From positions 124,001-188,000 of the forward strand of contig NW_025767197.1 of assembly GCF_003918875.1 (NCBI RefSeq): a DNA stretch of 64,000 bases, given 5' to 3'. The stretch comes from Haliotis rubra (lineage: Eukaryota). This document shows positions 51,376-63,960 of this stretch, piece after piece. The translations under genes and the position numbers were made by a program. The notes beneath the pieces were generated by a model. It ran no database searches and had not been told where the DNA came from. It worked only from the letters and a program-made list of their open reading frames with translations. The first letter of the stretch is position 1. Every line of letters starts with the position of its first letter.

Positions 51376-53934
51376 AATAATATCCGAAAATAAAGCTCAT
51401 TTATTGAACAGTACAGATATGTCAAATGGAAAGACAAATCCGTGTGTCAGAAAAGAATTTGACTCCTGTTGTTCTAGATATTCCAGCAATCTCATCGTTT
51501 ATTCAGAAATAAATGAAGTATTTTATGCTGATCAGGTCTCGTCTTCTGTGACATGTATTCGTTGCCTGCTGTGTGTGCCAGTCACTTAGTAGCTTAAGAT
51601 TCCTGGTTGATTTGACCTTGGAGTTAAGAATCGCAGTATATTTGCCTTTCCCGACAATGAATTCGTGCAAGCTGTTTCTGTGAACCCAAAAGAATTGGGC
51701 AGCCAATACTCTTTGACCAAATGCGCTCTGCTGGTCAGGTCTCCTAACTACGTAGATTGTGGATCACGGTACTGCCTCGGTGATTCCTTGTGATAATAAA
51801 AACTTCTTGGCAAAAATTGTAATATTTTTAGGATTCTGTGATAAAGCAGGAACATGTCTCTGTTACGCCTTGCGGAGAATCTTCAGTGGTTCAAAGAGTA
51901 GTTTGCAAAGTTTACATCCTCTAGATTGTCAGTGGCCCCGAATTACATTATGTAAAATGTAACTGATGTTATTTATCATCACCAAAGTAGTATATTCTAC
52001 CTCATGTGATAATGAAGAATACAATTTGCAGTAACACTATCCTCTATCAATGGAATTTAACTTCAGTTCAAGGGAGAAATTGAGTGGTCAGGTTTATAGC
52101 CAATCCTCGTAACAAAATAATGTCTTCACAGACAAGAAAATAGTCCAGTCTACTTCGTTTGGTAGGATTGTCTCCGAGCGCATATGTCTTTGTCTAGATT
52201 ACATATTCTTAAAGGGTCAACCAAATACAATTTATCTTTCAAAATTTCTATATTCTTCATATGTCCGATAGTCAAGCTATATTTTAGTTATTTGTTGTCA
52301 ACATTCCAGTCTCCTTCCCATACAATTGGACACGGATACAAATTCAACTGTATTGCAAGAAGCTAAGTGAACCACTGTTTGGGTCACATATGTTTAAAAT
52401 CGAGAATCTAAAATAGTGATATCTAAAATTACAAAGCGGCCATGATCGTCGACAATAATGATTTTCAAAGTCATTGTTTCTGAGGATCATGAGTGTATTT
52501 TCAGAGTTTCGTGCAGCAAGACATGGGAAGCGAAAACTGTGATGGCCTATTTTTGACGATATCTAGAACGATCTCCGTCGCTCTCTTATATTATAAGGGT
52601 CTAATTGTCGTACTTTGGAAGGTTTATGCTTTTTACTTGCATATGTTTGTACTCTCACGAAACAATCTGACGATTAAATCCTCACACCCCAGAACCAGGA
52701 CTAAAGAGGAAGAAAGAAGTTTTTAAAGAAACCATTAGAATGTACAGTAGTTGATTCTTTCTAATCTGTACAAAGACGACCTAAACGATCTAGATTTCCT
52801 CTTGCCTCAACACGAGGCTTAGTCGCTTTTGTGTCTGTTTTGTTATAATAACTAGGCATGTGTACTCAGTTGGTACAAATTCAACACCTCTGGTTTCTGG
52901 TCTGACATTGTTTGCAGATGAAACTTCGAGGTATTGACCACCTACTGGGCTGTTTTGGCACTGAACGGGAGACCTGTGGCAAATCTGTATTCTTACTTCC
53001 TGCTCTCTCGGAGCGTGTCTCCTCATCCGAATTTGAAGGCAGTTCATCTCCTTCCAGCTCTGCGACTACTGCCCAACAAACTGCAGATCTTCCTGCACGT
53101 CTAACGCACTTGTTTTTTATACTTATGGAGCTAGTTTCCCTGAAAAGATGCACACAGTCTTTTGTGCTATCCTGATCCAAAATACCGATGTTGAAAATAT
53201 ATTTAAGTTTTAACTTACAGACTGACATATACATGTACTGAAATTACACACTTGAAATTTCATTGACTAAAATATTATAAACGTTATCAAAACGTTACTG
53301 GGCTGAATACATTCGCCGAAACTGTTTTACGTTTCAAAGTCTTTAACATTTCAAGCATATATATTGTGTAAAAGGTTGAAAGGTCGCAAATCCTTCCACA
53401 GAATTCTGAGCTCTGTGGGTTTGACAATGATCATGTAGATGTGCAACAGTGAGTGAGTGAAAATTTAAAGTCACTTTGGCAATATTTCAGCCATATCGTG
53501 ACTAAAACAGTAAATACTTTATAAATGTATTTTATAAAGTCTGCCGCCAAACGACAGTAAAACAACTAGTATATCACAATCTAACTCGAAAACTAATAAA
53601 TATATAATACTCAATGAAACGCTGATCATAATCAAAACATCAGACCAACTCTGTGAGCTTTTTGCAGAATTTATGTCCAAAAATAGAAAGGTTGTTTAAC
53701 AAACAATCATTAAAATTTTGACACAGTTCACTATTTTTTACGAGGAAGGATTTCAAAGAGAAGAACAGCGAAAAGCACCCGAACAAGTGCCGACAAAGTT
53801 GTTGATTCATTTACCTGTGTTGTGACTTCGCCATCCTTCCCCGCACACCTGGCTGTTCCTCTCTCTGCATCCATCCCTCGTAACAAATAGTGAAGTGTGT
53901 AAATGTGGTCAGTTCAAATTTACTTTGCAAGTTT

Positions 53935-54200
53935 GGGGACTTACGTACCCTCTCAGGAGGACAATACTTTTACAGTACTTTAACCCCCTTTGAAGGTACA
54001 ATCTCAGTTGCTAATTTAAACTACCAATTACAAAAATACATCTATGTACAAAACGTATGACTCAAAATGTATCAATCAATTCTATTTCTTTTAAAAATTC
54101 GATAATAAATTATCAAACAGATCCTTAACAGTTTTAACACTGAAATACGTATCCCTCGTGATGGAAATGCAACAGAATAAAAAATTTCCTGCTGTGATGT
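53935..54200 (-). mobile_element. 3' fragment of the same I/Nimb-like LINE family as 7084-9310
   Basis: Reverse complement aligns by eye with 8620-8845. Confidence 0.65.
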
Positions 54201-54947
54201 CTCTAAGGAAACGAGAGAGAAACAACGACCGCTCGCTTGTGTGACGCGAAGGCTTGAGTGGTCCCACGCACTCCTTGATCTCTGCATTACACAACCGCAC
54301 CACGTGACATCAATAACTTCACGTGGAAAACGTTTCAAATAACAGTCGTTACCGTATTTACCATAGTAACCATAAGTGGTCATGGCAGGATCTGCATATT
54401 GCGGTTCGCTGATGAGTGCTGATGTTACGTACTTTATGCGGTTTAGCATTGTCGTGTTGGAAAATGCTGGTTACAAATAGGAACAAAGCGGCTGCAGTAT
54501 TTCATCACAAGGTTGCCATTAAGTTGCACTTGCATCAGGTTTGTTGGGAGATTGCCACCAGCACCATTACGTTGCCATTCCTAATTCATTGAGTGCATGT
54601 AAAATAGACACCTCCGGGGACACAAATGAAGGGAGGGAGGTTTTATTTTGACCAATTTATTAGGGAGAAATCATACCTAGATATTTCAGACATAAAAACG
54701 TCCTTTTCAATACATGTACCCCTCTCGCTTAGAAGTTGTTTGTTCAAGGTTTAAACATTAAAGGGCGCAGTAAAGATTTCAAAGCTTAAAAGCAACTATG
54801 TGGTGGACATTTCCAAATTTGACGCACCAATGACAAAATTATGACTGATCCAAATTCCTTATTTTCACTTGTACCATCAGTTCCCGTGCGTGTGTTTTTT
54901 CAGCTGAACAACTAACTAGCCTTGCATTTGTTCATAACTGGAGCCAC

Positions 54948-55150
54948 CATTGGGACAGTAGAGGTTCCCCACACGTTTGACCCAGTGTATTGTCTTCAGC
55001 GAGTTTACGCCTAACCCAGTATCTGCCAACATAACCTGTGAATTGTTCATTGGGACAGTAGAGGTTCCCCACACATTTGACCAGTGTATTGTCTTCAGCG
55101 AGTATATGCCTAACCCCGTATCTGTCAATAAAATCTGTTGTTTGTTCATT
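54948..55150. repeat. 100-bp tandem duplication
   Basis: cattgggacagtagaggttccccacac..cagtgtattgtcttcagcgagt occurs twice. Confidence 0.88.
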
Positions 55151-55340
55151 GATCTTCTGTGGTTATTTACCTACTTTTTTCGATTTAGTTCAGCATGAAT
55201 GAATTCTGTGTTACCCTTCGCTTTTCCAAGTTGAAATCAACACGTAACAATTTGCATACATTTGAATTTTACAGTTTATATGATAATCAAGGAGCATACG
55301 TGACGTTGCAACCGAACCCATGTGCTACAGTTTGTCGTAC

Positions 55341-55413
55341 TATCTTATCTTCGTAAATATGACACATTCCCACAAATTGATGACTCGACAGAATTCGACA
55401 GAAACATATATAG
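55341..55413 (+). promoter_or_regulatory. Paralog 5 promoter: GATA/Fox-like module and TATA box
   Basis: tatcttatcttcgtaaatatg; TATATAG at 55407, 44 nt before the ATG. Confidence 0.6.
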
Positions 55414-55450
55414 GTAGCTGTCAACCATTTCACCCACGTCAACAAGAATA

Positions 55451-58400
55451 ATGTTGCTATTAACACCAATATTGTTGCTGGTCGTTGCTTTCTTGCAACT
55501 TGTCCTGTCCAGTAACCAAAACTCCCTCCATGGCATCGCCTACGTCTCCGTGACGACTGACAATTTGACCGCTTCAACGCATTTCTACACTCAAGTACTC
55601 GGGGGTATGCTGGTGCCAGAGTTGGCCTTCACCTTCAGCGGAGACTCTCACTATTACCGGATGTTCCAGAAGGAGATCATGGACGCCAGAACACAAGGGG
55701 TTGACCCTGCCCAGCTGGGAATACCGGATATACGTGATAACGGTACACACGAGGTCAGTGAATATGCAATAACGATACTCGTAAGGTCAGTATGTGTGGA
55801 ATAACGGTACACTTTAAGTTAGTATGAATGGATAATGATACTCATGAAGTAAGTGCAGAGGGGTTAATGTACTCACGAGATCAGTATATAGGGCATAATA
55901 GTACTCGTGACGTCACTAGTTTGGTGATCGAGGTATTCATGACATCAGTAAATATCGATATAATTATTTCAGGTCACTATATTGGATATAGTAGTACTTG
56001 TGGGTTATATAAGAAGTACCTACTCACGAGGTTACATAGCGAGGTACTCACGAGGTCAGACAAATATAACTACTGTCTAAGAAGATTATAGAAAGCGTCG
56101 TGCTCAAATGTTGTTTCGTCGAGATTCCAAATGTAAAGGCCTCGGTTTTCAAAAGCATCATAGTAGCGTGTTAAAGACGTGTGTTGTTTTAAATTTGATG
56201 CATCAGTGACAAAAGCATCATAGAAGCCCTGTGCAGGTTTCCCAACCAGGTAGTCGCTTTGATTCGATGGTGCATGAATACATGCTTAAGATATAGTCGG
56301 ACGTGTGCACTGGATCTTGATTCAAATAGAGATTTGTTATGAATATGAAAATGTTTTTTCGATTTTGATTTAATGACGTAAGTAAACTTGTGGGGCTGCA
56401 GATTGGTCCAAACCTAACCTTTTTCTCAACTACAACCCGAAACATGAGTCTCATTAACCTATTCAGACAATGACCTACTTTTCAGCCGATCCGAATTTTC
56501 TCGTGTGAAAGTGAAAATAGACATCACAAACAACTATGGTTACACTGAATTCCAATTCCTAGTTTCATAAGAAAATGGTATTTACAAATGAATTTAATTT
56601 TAATTTTAAACTTTAACAACATCGTATTTCTATATTTTATGGCGAGGTCACAGACTGCCGCTGTTTGATGAGGTCGTAAAATGATTCACAATGCATCTGG
56701 CTCACTGGTTACACCTGTTATGTGTTTCTTTTGCGCTTATTCAGTGTAGTTCTGTAACGCACAATGTGATTGATATAATATCAGTTCCGTACCAGACGCC
56801 AAACGTTTTGAGATTTCCACGATTTCCAGGTTTCCGTTTGTCAGAGCTCGCTGTACGACAGAGCACGCTGCACGACGTGTTTGCAAGGATTAGAAGGAGC
56901 GTAGTGTTGCAATATACAAGTGCTTAGATGTATCACATAATACTGATTAATATTTATGTATCCAGCTAAATGAATTGGTCTTAAAATTCTGAACTGGTTA
57001 TTGTACTAAGTTGCGCAATAGGACGGGACCCAGTCAACAGGAAACGAGATTGTTGTGTAATCAATGTTTTGACTTGCCCACTCTACCCACCCACTCCTCA
57101 GATATACATATTCAACAGTTACTGGATCACTGAAAGAAATAGTTTTCTGCATAAATAATGTATCTTCCTAACATTTCTGCACAAGTCATTTATACGTCGT
57201 GTTTCCTATTATACATGATAGGAAACGGTTCCTCGGTGTTTGCTGGCTTGTTGTTTAACGCCGCACTCAGCAATATTCCGGTTACATGAGGGCGGTCAGT
57301 TAATAATCGAGTCTTGACCAGACAATCCAGTAATCAACAGCATACCATGACCCATGGATAATGCGCGCCCCTCTGGGGGATTCAGTATTTTAGAGAAAAC
57401 ATGATCCGATTATTATGCGCAGACGGAAAACTACAGCTTATCTCTTCACCTAATCCAGGAACTACAGCTTATCTCTTCACCTAATCCAGGTATTAAGGGA
57501 CTCGTATTAACAAACTTGGTCAATAAAGTTTTAAAATTTGAGATTAAACGCCAATAGACACAATTATTTACCATTTACATTATATCTGTTTTGCTATGCA
57601 TTTGTTTTGGCAGGTGCGAGGTAACTTCATCGTTTTTGACAACGGCATCATCCAACTGGTAGAGTATGTGCTGAAATCATCTTCTGACATTGTCTTCGAC
57701 ATCCGTGAACGTCGCACCAGCCCCTGCTACATCGCAGCCCCACATATATGTTTCTGGGTCAAGGACGACGTGGATTTCAACCATTACATTGCGGAACTAG
57801 AAAGAAGGTCACATGATCTTGGATTTCATCAGGTCAAGGTCAACAGACCAGTAACGGTTCACAACGAAGCTGAACGACTAGCCGTTCCCAAAAACCAGCT
57901 TGGTCTTACTTTTACCAGTGGAGACTTTGCTGGTTTATCATTCGCATACTGGAAAGGCCCCAGAGGCGAGCAACTGGAACTATACCAAATTACAAATCAA
58001 TCCAGGTACCACCTTGGCAGTGATTATTGCCGACGACAGGGCGTAGCCACAGCCTTCTTGGACAATCAGTCTGACAACCAATGGAAGAAAGCTGCTGGAG
58101 TCAGTGGTCAGCTTTACGGGATGTTCCAGTTTGGAACAAGAACCGATGACCTTTTCAAATCCGTCAGCTTTTACACACAGGTCCTCGGTTCAGAGCTGGT
58201 TCATAAACCACTACAGGCAGTGAACGTTCGAGGAGACGATGTTGAAAACATGTTGTTCCAGAAAGAAATTCTTGATGCGTTCTCTTGGGGAACTAAGCCC
58301 CGAGATATAGGGATTGCAAATATTTCTATGGCAGGAAATGACAGACTTGACCATAGATTTAACCTTTTTGATAACTATGTAGTGGAAACTCTGTTATACA

Positions 58401-58864
58401 CTGCAGGAAGATCTCTGTCAGATCCCAAGTTCAATCCCAGATACAACTGGAGCAGTCCTGCCTACATCAACAACATGCACGTCGCCTTCTTCGTTGACTC
58501 CAACGTTGATCTGAACAACTTCCTACAGAACGCGGAGAAAAAGGCTGCCAAGAATAAGTTCCCTGAGTTTAAGATCAATAGAGCAGTTGATGTGCAGACG
58601 TTAGGGGCTAGTGTTCCTGCAGCACAGTACAGTGAAGAGTTCACTGATGGACCTCTGAAAGGTTTCAACTACGTGTATGCTAAGGGTCCAGCAGGGGAAC
58701 AGCAATCCTTTGTTCAGTTCAAGGGTCCAGTGGAAGCCAAACTGAAGTCAGCCCTGTTAAAGTATTCGGCAGTCAACACAGCCTTCAAGGAGACGAATCC
58801 GTGGGTCAGGAAAGAATATGACTCCTTTTGTTCTAAATATACCAGTAATCCTGTTATTGGCTGA
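55451..58864 (+). CDS. Secreted two-domain VOC/glyoxalase-like protein, paralog 5; join(55451..55753,57614..58864), 517 aa
   Basis: Signal-peptide-like N-terminus; conserved phase-0 intron; intact ORF; AATAAA at 58878. Confidence 0.88.
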
Positions 58865-59330
58865 AATAGTATCCAGAAATAAATCTCATTCATCGAACAG
58901 TAGCGGTTTTACATTGTAGCAAAGATACGTTTTAGTATGCTGCTTGTTTGTAAGACCTCTGGTTTAAAAGTTCGTATTAAGAGTCGTATTTATGATACAA
59001 TGGGTAGGTTTCTCAACAAGATAAAGCCAACGGATAAAGACAGTATTTGTAGACAAACTTCCGCATGCATTAATTTATAAACCATAACCATAACCCAAAT
59101 GTGTCGAGATACTTCTTGGCATTGCCATCCCTGTAAAACATTTAACATGTGTAGGTGGTTGCTATTCTGAATACATGTAGTGGCGCCACGGTTTAAGAAA
59201 CAGGTTTTAGTATGGGAACTATATCGACTTGTCACTGTCCGAGTGACGGTTCCCTGCTGTAATGTATATTAATGCTCACAGTACAGGAAAACCTGCACTA
59301 TTTATAGCCACTGTTTGTTAGGGATGAGAA

Positions 59331-59502
59331 GGGCGGTTGGGTAGCCTAGTGGTTAAGGCGTTCGCTCGTCACGCCGAACACCCGGATTCGATTCCCAACA
59401 TGGGCACAATGTGTGAAGCTCATTTCTGGTGTTCCCCGCCGTGATGTTGCTGGAATATTGCTAAAAGCGGCGTAAAACTAAACTAAACTAAACTCACTCA
59501 CT
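59331..59502 (+). mobile_element. tRNA-derived SINE, family A
   Basis: Consensus match with actaa/cact tail. Confidence 0.87.
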
Positions 59503-59574
59503 AGAACAGGTATTCCGTCCATTTTGTGTTTTTGTTTGTTTCTTCCTTAAGTGGCATTTAGAAGCTGGTATGAT

Positions 59575-59852
59575 GAAGTGGAACACTTTTTATGGATAGA
59601 CAACTTCTTTGTTGCGGTAGTAGTTGCGACGTTTCGGTGTAGATCCTAACACCGTTATCAAGCAAATGATACACAACATTTGCACAAGGAGAAATATATA
59701 CATAGCGGGCATTGGTTTATACAATAGAAGAGGTTGATGTACGGTGTGTTGACGTAAGACTTGTTGTGATAGGAATGATTGAAGCCAGTAGTTGAACGTC
59801 GCAACTACTACTGCAACAAAGAAGTTGTCTATCCATAAAAAGTGTTCCACTT
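59575..59852 (-). mobile_element. Penelope-like fragment with ~55-bp inverted repeats and a hammerhead-like motif
   Basis: 59578-59633 is the reverse complement of 59796-59850; related to 41753-42181. Confidence 0.6.
59624..59665 (-). ncRNA. Minimal type I hammerhead-ribozyme-like motif (U3-A8 variant)
   Basis: uugc UUGAUAA c ggugu-loop-acacc GAAAC GUC gcaa. Confidence 0.55.
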
Positions 59853-60061
59853 TTTGTTTGTTGTTCAACACCGCACGCAATGGTGTAGATACGGTGCGTC
59901 ATGGCCACCCGATCCCGTTAAGTCGCCACAGTATATCTATTGGTGTTTTGATTGTGATTATCTCCTGGTGATAATCAGCAACATGTCTTTTTCCATTAAG
60001 ACAGTAGCAACAACCATGACCCCACTCTCTTTCTTGTCGAAATACTGGACTTCGTTCGGCT

Positions 60062-60298
60062 GACCAGTGAAGATCCCTGTTAGAATTGGTCTTCACCAAA
60101 CCATGCTTGTTGTAAGAGGCGACTAACGGGATCGGGTGGTCAGGCTTGCTGACTTGGTTGACACATGTCACCGTATCCCAATTGGTATAGATCGATGCTC
60201 ATGATGTTGACCACTGGATTGTCTGGTCCAGACCTGATTACTTACAGACTACCGCCATATAGCTGGAATATTGTTGAGTGCGGCGTAAAACGCACTCA
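60062..60298 (+). mobile_element. SINE-like repeat, family B
   Basis: ccatgcttgttgtaagaggcgactaacgggatcgggtggtcagg..; 3' tail resembles that of family A. Confidence 0.85.
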
Positions 60299-60789
60299 CG
60301 TTGGACTGTCTGGTTGACATAAGTTGGCATCGCATTGCACAACCACGAGGTAACACCAGTCTTCCTGGCAATCTAGGTCTTAGTGCTCATAATGTCCTAG
60401 ACTAACTTCTAAGTACAACTGTTCCACGGTTATCATATATCTTTCAAATCTCCTTGACTTTAAGTTAGAACTACTGGAAATAGAAAGTTCCTAAAATAAG
60501 TAAATTGCCCTTCTGATAATCCCTAGGTCAACGGCTTACATGTACTCAGTGATGTACTGCATGTACACCCTTGAATACACACTTGATATTTCATTGATGT
60601 CACAAACGTTATTTAAACGTTACTATACGAATCTTAAAGTGGGGAATATGAATATTACACCCGTATCAAAAACATTATTTCTTGTTTCATTTCAGACACC
60701 ACCAACCATGGTGTGTTATTTCTTTTGACCGGCTGTTCATTAGAGTCGAACACTTCAGCTTAGGTTTTATCAATTGTTGGTTGGTTCGT

Positions 60790-60980
60790 TGGTTGTTTAA
60801 CGCCACACTCAGTAATATCCCAGCTGTATGGCGGCGGTCTGTAAATAATCGAGTCAAGACCAGACAACCCAGTGATCAACAGCATGAGCATCAATCTACG
60901 CAACTGGGATACGATGACATGTGTGAACCAAGTAAGCGAGCCTGACAACCCGATCCCGTTAGTCGTCTCTTACGACAAGC
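60790..60980 (-). mobile_element. SINE-like repeat, family B
   Basis: Reverse complement of family B. Confidence 0.82.
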
Positions 60981-61009
60981 GTCGAATATCCTTCTTTATT
61001 TTTTCTGGT

Positions 61010-61044
61010 CATTCATTCATTCATTCATTCATTCATTCATTCAT
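61010..61044. repeat. (TTCA)n microsatellite
   Basis: Seen directly. Confidence 0.9.
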
Positions 61045-61069
61045 AATGACATATTTGGTTTAAACATAT

Positions 61070-62110
61070 TATATTCTATTCAAGAAGAAAGAAAAGGATT
61101 GGCAAACAAGCCTAAATGGCTTATATTAATGCCGCTCCATAATACATGTGAAGGTTCACATTTGTGCATAATGTTGTACATATTTATAGTGGTTATATCA
61201 AGTTATCTCTGAATAATAACAATCATGGATATCAACAATTTATCTTGGTTTTGTTTCGTGGCCAGTTGATACAAATACAAAATAAGAGAAGCTACAAAAC
61301 TTTATGAATCAAAGCGTTTTGATGTAATAATGAATTGATGGACTGACCGTAGAATATCCATATTCGTCTGATGAGATACTGAGTTATTGCTATTTAGCAC
61401 ATCCCGCAGGGAGAAACCTTTCACATAGAAATACGATTCGTATCGAATGGTATTATATTTAGGACACATGAAACAGTGGAATACATCCTCATAATCTTGT
61501 GAGCAGGAACAAGAAGCATTATCAGAAATGAAACGATTATACTTATCACTGTTTAAGTCACTGCATCCCAATCTAAGGCGGCAGTGTATTATTTGACAAA
61601 ATCGACTACCAAAATTTAGATCAAACATTGTGTTGGTATTAACTTGTGGTGTGATTGAATTCTTAAACTGTCCAACAGAGGAAGCGTTTGCAGCATTTGT
61701 AGGTAGGTCATTCCACAGTTTAATTGTATCGGGCAAAAACGATTTGGCATAATTAGTAGATTTGCATCTTATAGTCTGATAGTTTTCATTGTTCCTAAGA
61801 TTGTAGTTACTGTTATCAGAAACATTCCCTGGAGCAAGATAACAAAGATAGTCAGGAACCATATGGTTTACCATTTTGTAAAATAATGTTAATTTAGAAG
61901 ATTCTCTCCGTTTCGATAAGGAAGTCAGGTTTGTCTCATGATATAGTGTCGCATGGCTCGTACCTCTAACTGCATCACATATTGTGCGTAAGGCATCTAA
62001 ATGAAGGTTTTCTAGTGACAAGGACTGTTCGTGTGTACAATTGTCCCAGAGATGACAGCAATAGTCAAATAGAGGTAAGATAAAGGATTTATACATTGTT
62101 TATTGATATT
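61070..62110 (-). mobile_element. 5'-truncated CR1-group LINE (RT C-terminus and 3' UTR)
   Basis: YKSFILPLFDYC..WD, LFYKMVN..VPDYL, SFLPDTIKLWNDLP and a C-terminal C-x-C..H..C. Confidence 0.85.
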
Positions 62111-62879
62111 TTACATGATATTTAGTAGCCAGTGAGACGAGATACACCATCTGTGTACTCAATCGCAGTCAGATCACCAGCTTCAAGTCTGGCCTTGAAG
62201 GTGTCAAGTCTATTGTCCATCTCGATGTACTGCCTCTTTCTTGGTGGTGGCCTGGCACCAGCGCACAGCTGCAGAATAGACAACCCTTTGGTGTTGACTG
62301 TAGCACAACCATCCTCTATCCAGTGGATAGAAGTTGCTCTCCTTGTCTTGATACCAAATCTACTACCTAAATATCAAGTAATATACATGTCAACCTGGAT
62401 GTTTGCCAGGGTGGACCCCAAATGCACATCATATACGTGTGCCCAGTTAACATAGTTCACTTACAGTGATGTTATAACTAATCAAAATAATTGATGCTTA
62501 TTGTTGTCATATCTTGAGTCTGTAGCTGAACACTTGCCAACCAGCTGCCCGGACCATATCTCATAGGCAAGAACAATCAATCAAGCATAACTGTTCACAC
62601 ATCCCCCTCTAAGCTGCGGGGTGAACGAGAAGACCCCAACTAGAGTCCATAGGTGAACACTTGCCAACCAGCTAATTAGTGAGCTGTGGTCACTAATCCT
62701 CCAGCTGCCCGGACCATATCTCACAGGGAAGAACAGTAATCCCCCCTTTGTGAACAATCAAAGTCCCCAAGCATAACTGTTAATCCCCATAACTCTGCTG
62801 GGTGAACAAAGAGAAGACCCCAATCCAAAGTCCCCATTTTCAGCTAACATCAATGTTGATGATTCTGGGTTTGACGTAA

Positions 62880-63960
62880 ACGCCATTGATACGCCATTAC
62901 ATGACCTGTCCTTTTCATCGCCTCAAGCGTGCTCGATGATCACTTTTGGGACTAAATCGGCTTGTCTCCAATCACGAGCCTTGAACGCTGACACCACTCG
63001 AAACAGTTATGTAGGAAGATATGGCCAGGAGACGTACCGCTCGAATGGTCTGCTGTCTCAGGAAATCTGTCTCAACACGAGCGACATGAGGAAGGGCATT
63101 ATCTTGCTGAAGCGTGAAGTTGCGTCTCTGTCCTTGAATGAACGGCTGCACATGAGGCTCACTGATTTCATCCCTGTATCACAGACCTATCAGATCGCCA
63201 TTGACAATGACACGATGTGTCCGACCATGAGATGTGATGTTCCCCATACCATAACACTATCGCCACCAAACTGTCGACGTTGAACAAAGCACGCGTCAGC
63301 ATACTGTTCATCTCGCTGTCTGTACACCATTGCCCTGTCATCTGAGCTGTCCAGAAGAAATCTCACAACACCATCCCAATCTTGTCTCCTGTACCGTAGA
63401 TACTGTCGGTGACGATGGAGCAAAATTGGATGTATTGCAGGTCGTCGGGGCCGTATGTTGTGCTCCCTCAGTCGGTTCCGTACAGTCAACTGATTGGACG
63501 TAAGCCAGGAATGGTCCGAGCAGTCAAACTGGCAGTCTGGAATCGATTCTTTAGATGGGTCAGCTGAATGTGGTTGTTTTGCTGACGTCACGTAACGCGA
63601 GGACGACCGGGCCGAGGCAAATCTCTCGTGTTCCCATTATGTTGAAAACGTCTCCATAGAGATGAGATCGTGTTTCGATAGACACCAAAATGTCTGGCAA
63701 CTTCATTTTGGGCCATTCCGATCTCCAGCATACCCACGGAGCGGAGACGCTTAAGATGTTTTCTACAACATTCTAGAGGCTAGAGAATAACCAAGCGTTC
63801 TTCAATTTTCAATATCAGGTGTGTGAACTTCATGTGTCAAAAAGCATGCAAAAAGTGAGTAAGTTCATTGTGCACAAAGTGCACGTGCCACCCGCGATGC
63901 GTGGTATCAAATGTCATGCAAAGTGCTTTGCTACATGTGTATTTAGGGTTATTTTTATAA
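62880..63960 (-). mobile_element. Degenerate Tc1/mariner transposon
   Basis: GMAQNEVARHFGV.RNTISSL..DLPRPGRPR, VRNRLRE and FGGDSVMVWG remnants. Confidence 0.82.

Noticed and set aside
52790-53234. Possible exon on the minus strand (acidic, Ser-rich ORF after an AG acceptor)
   Set aside because: No recognisable domain or partner exons; cannot be supported without transcripts.
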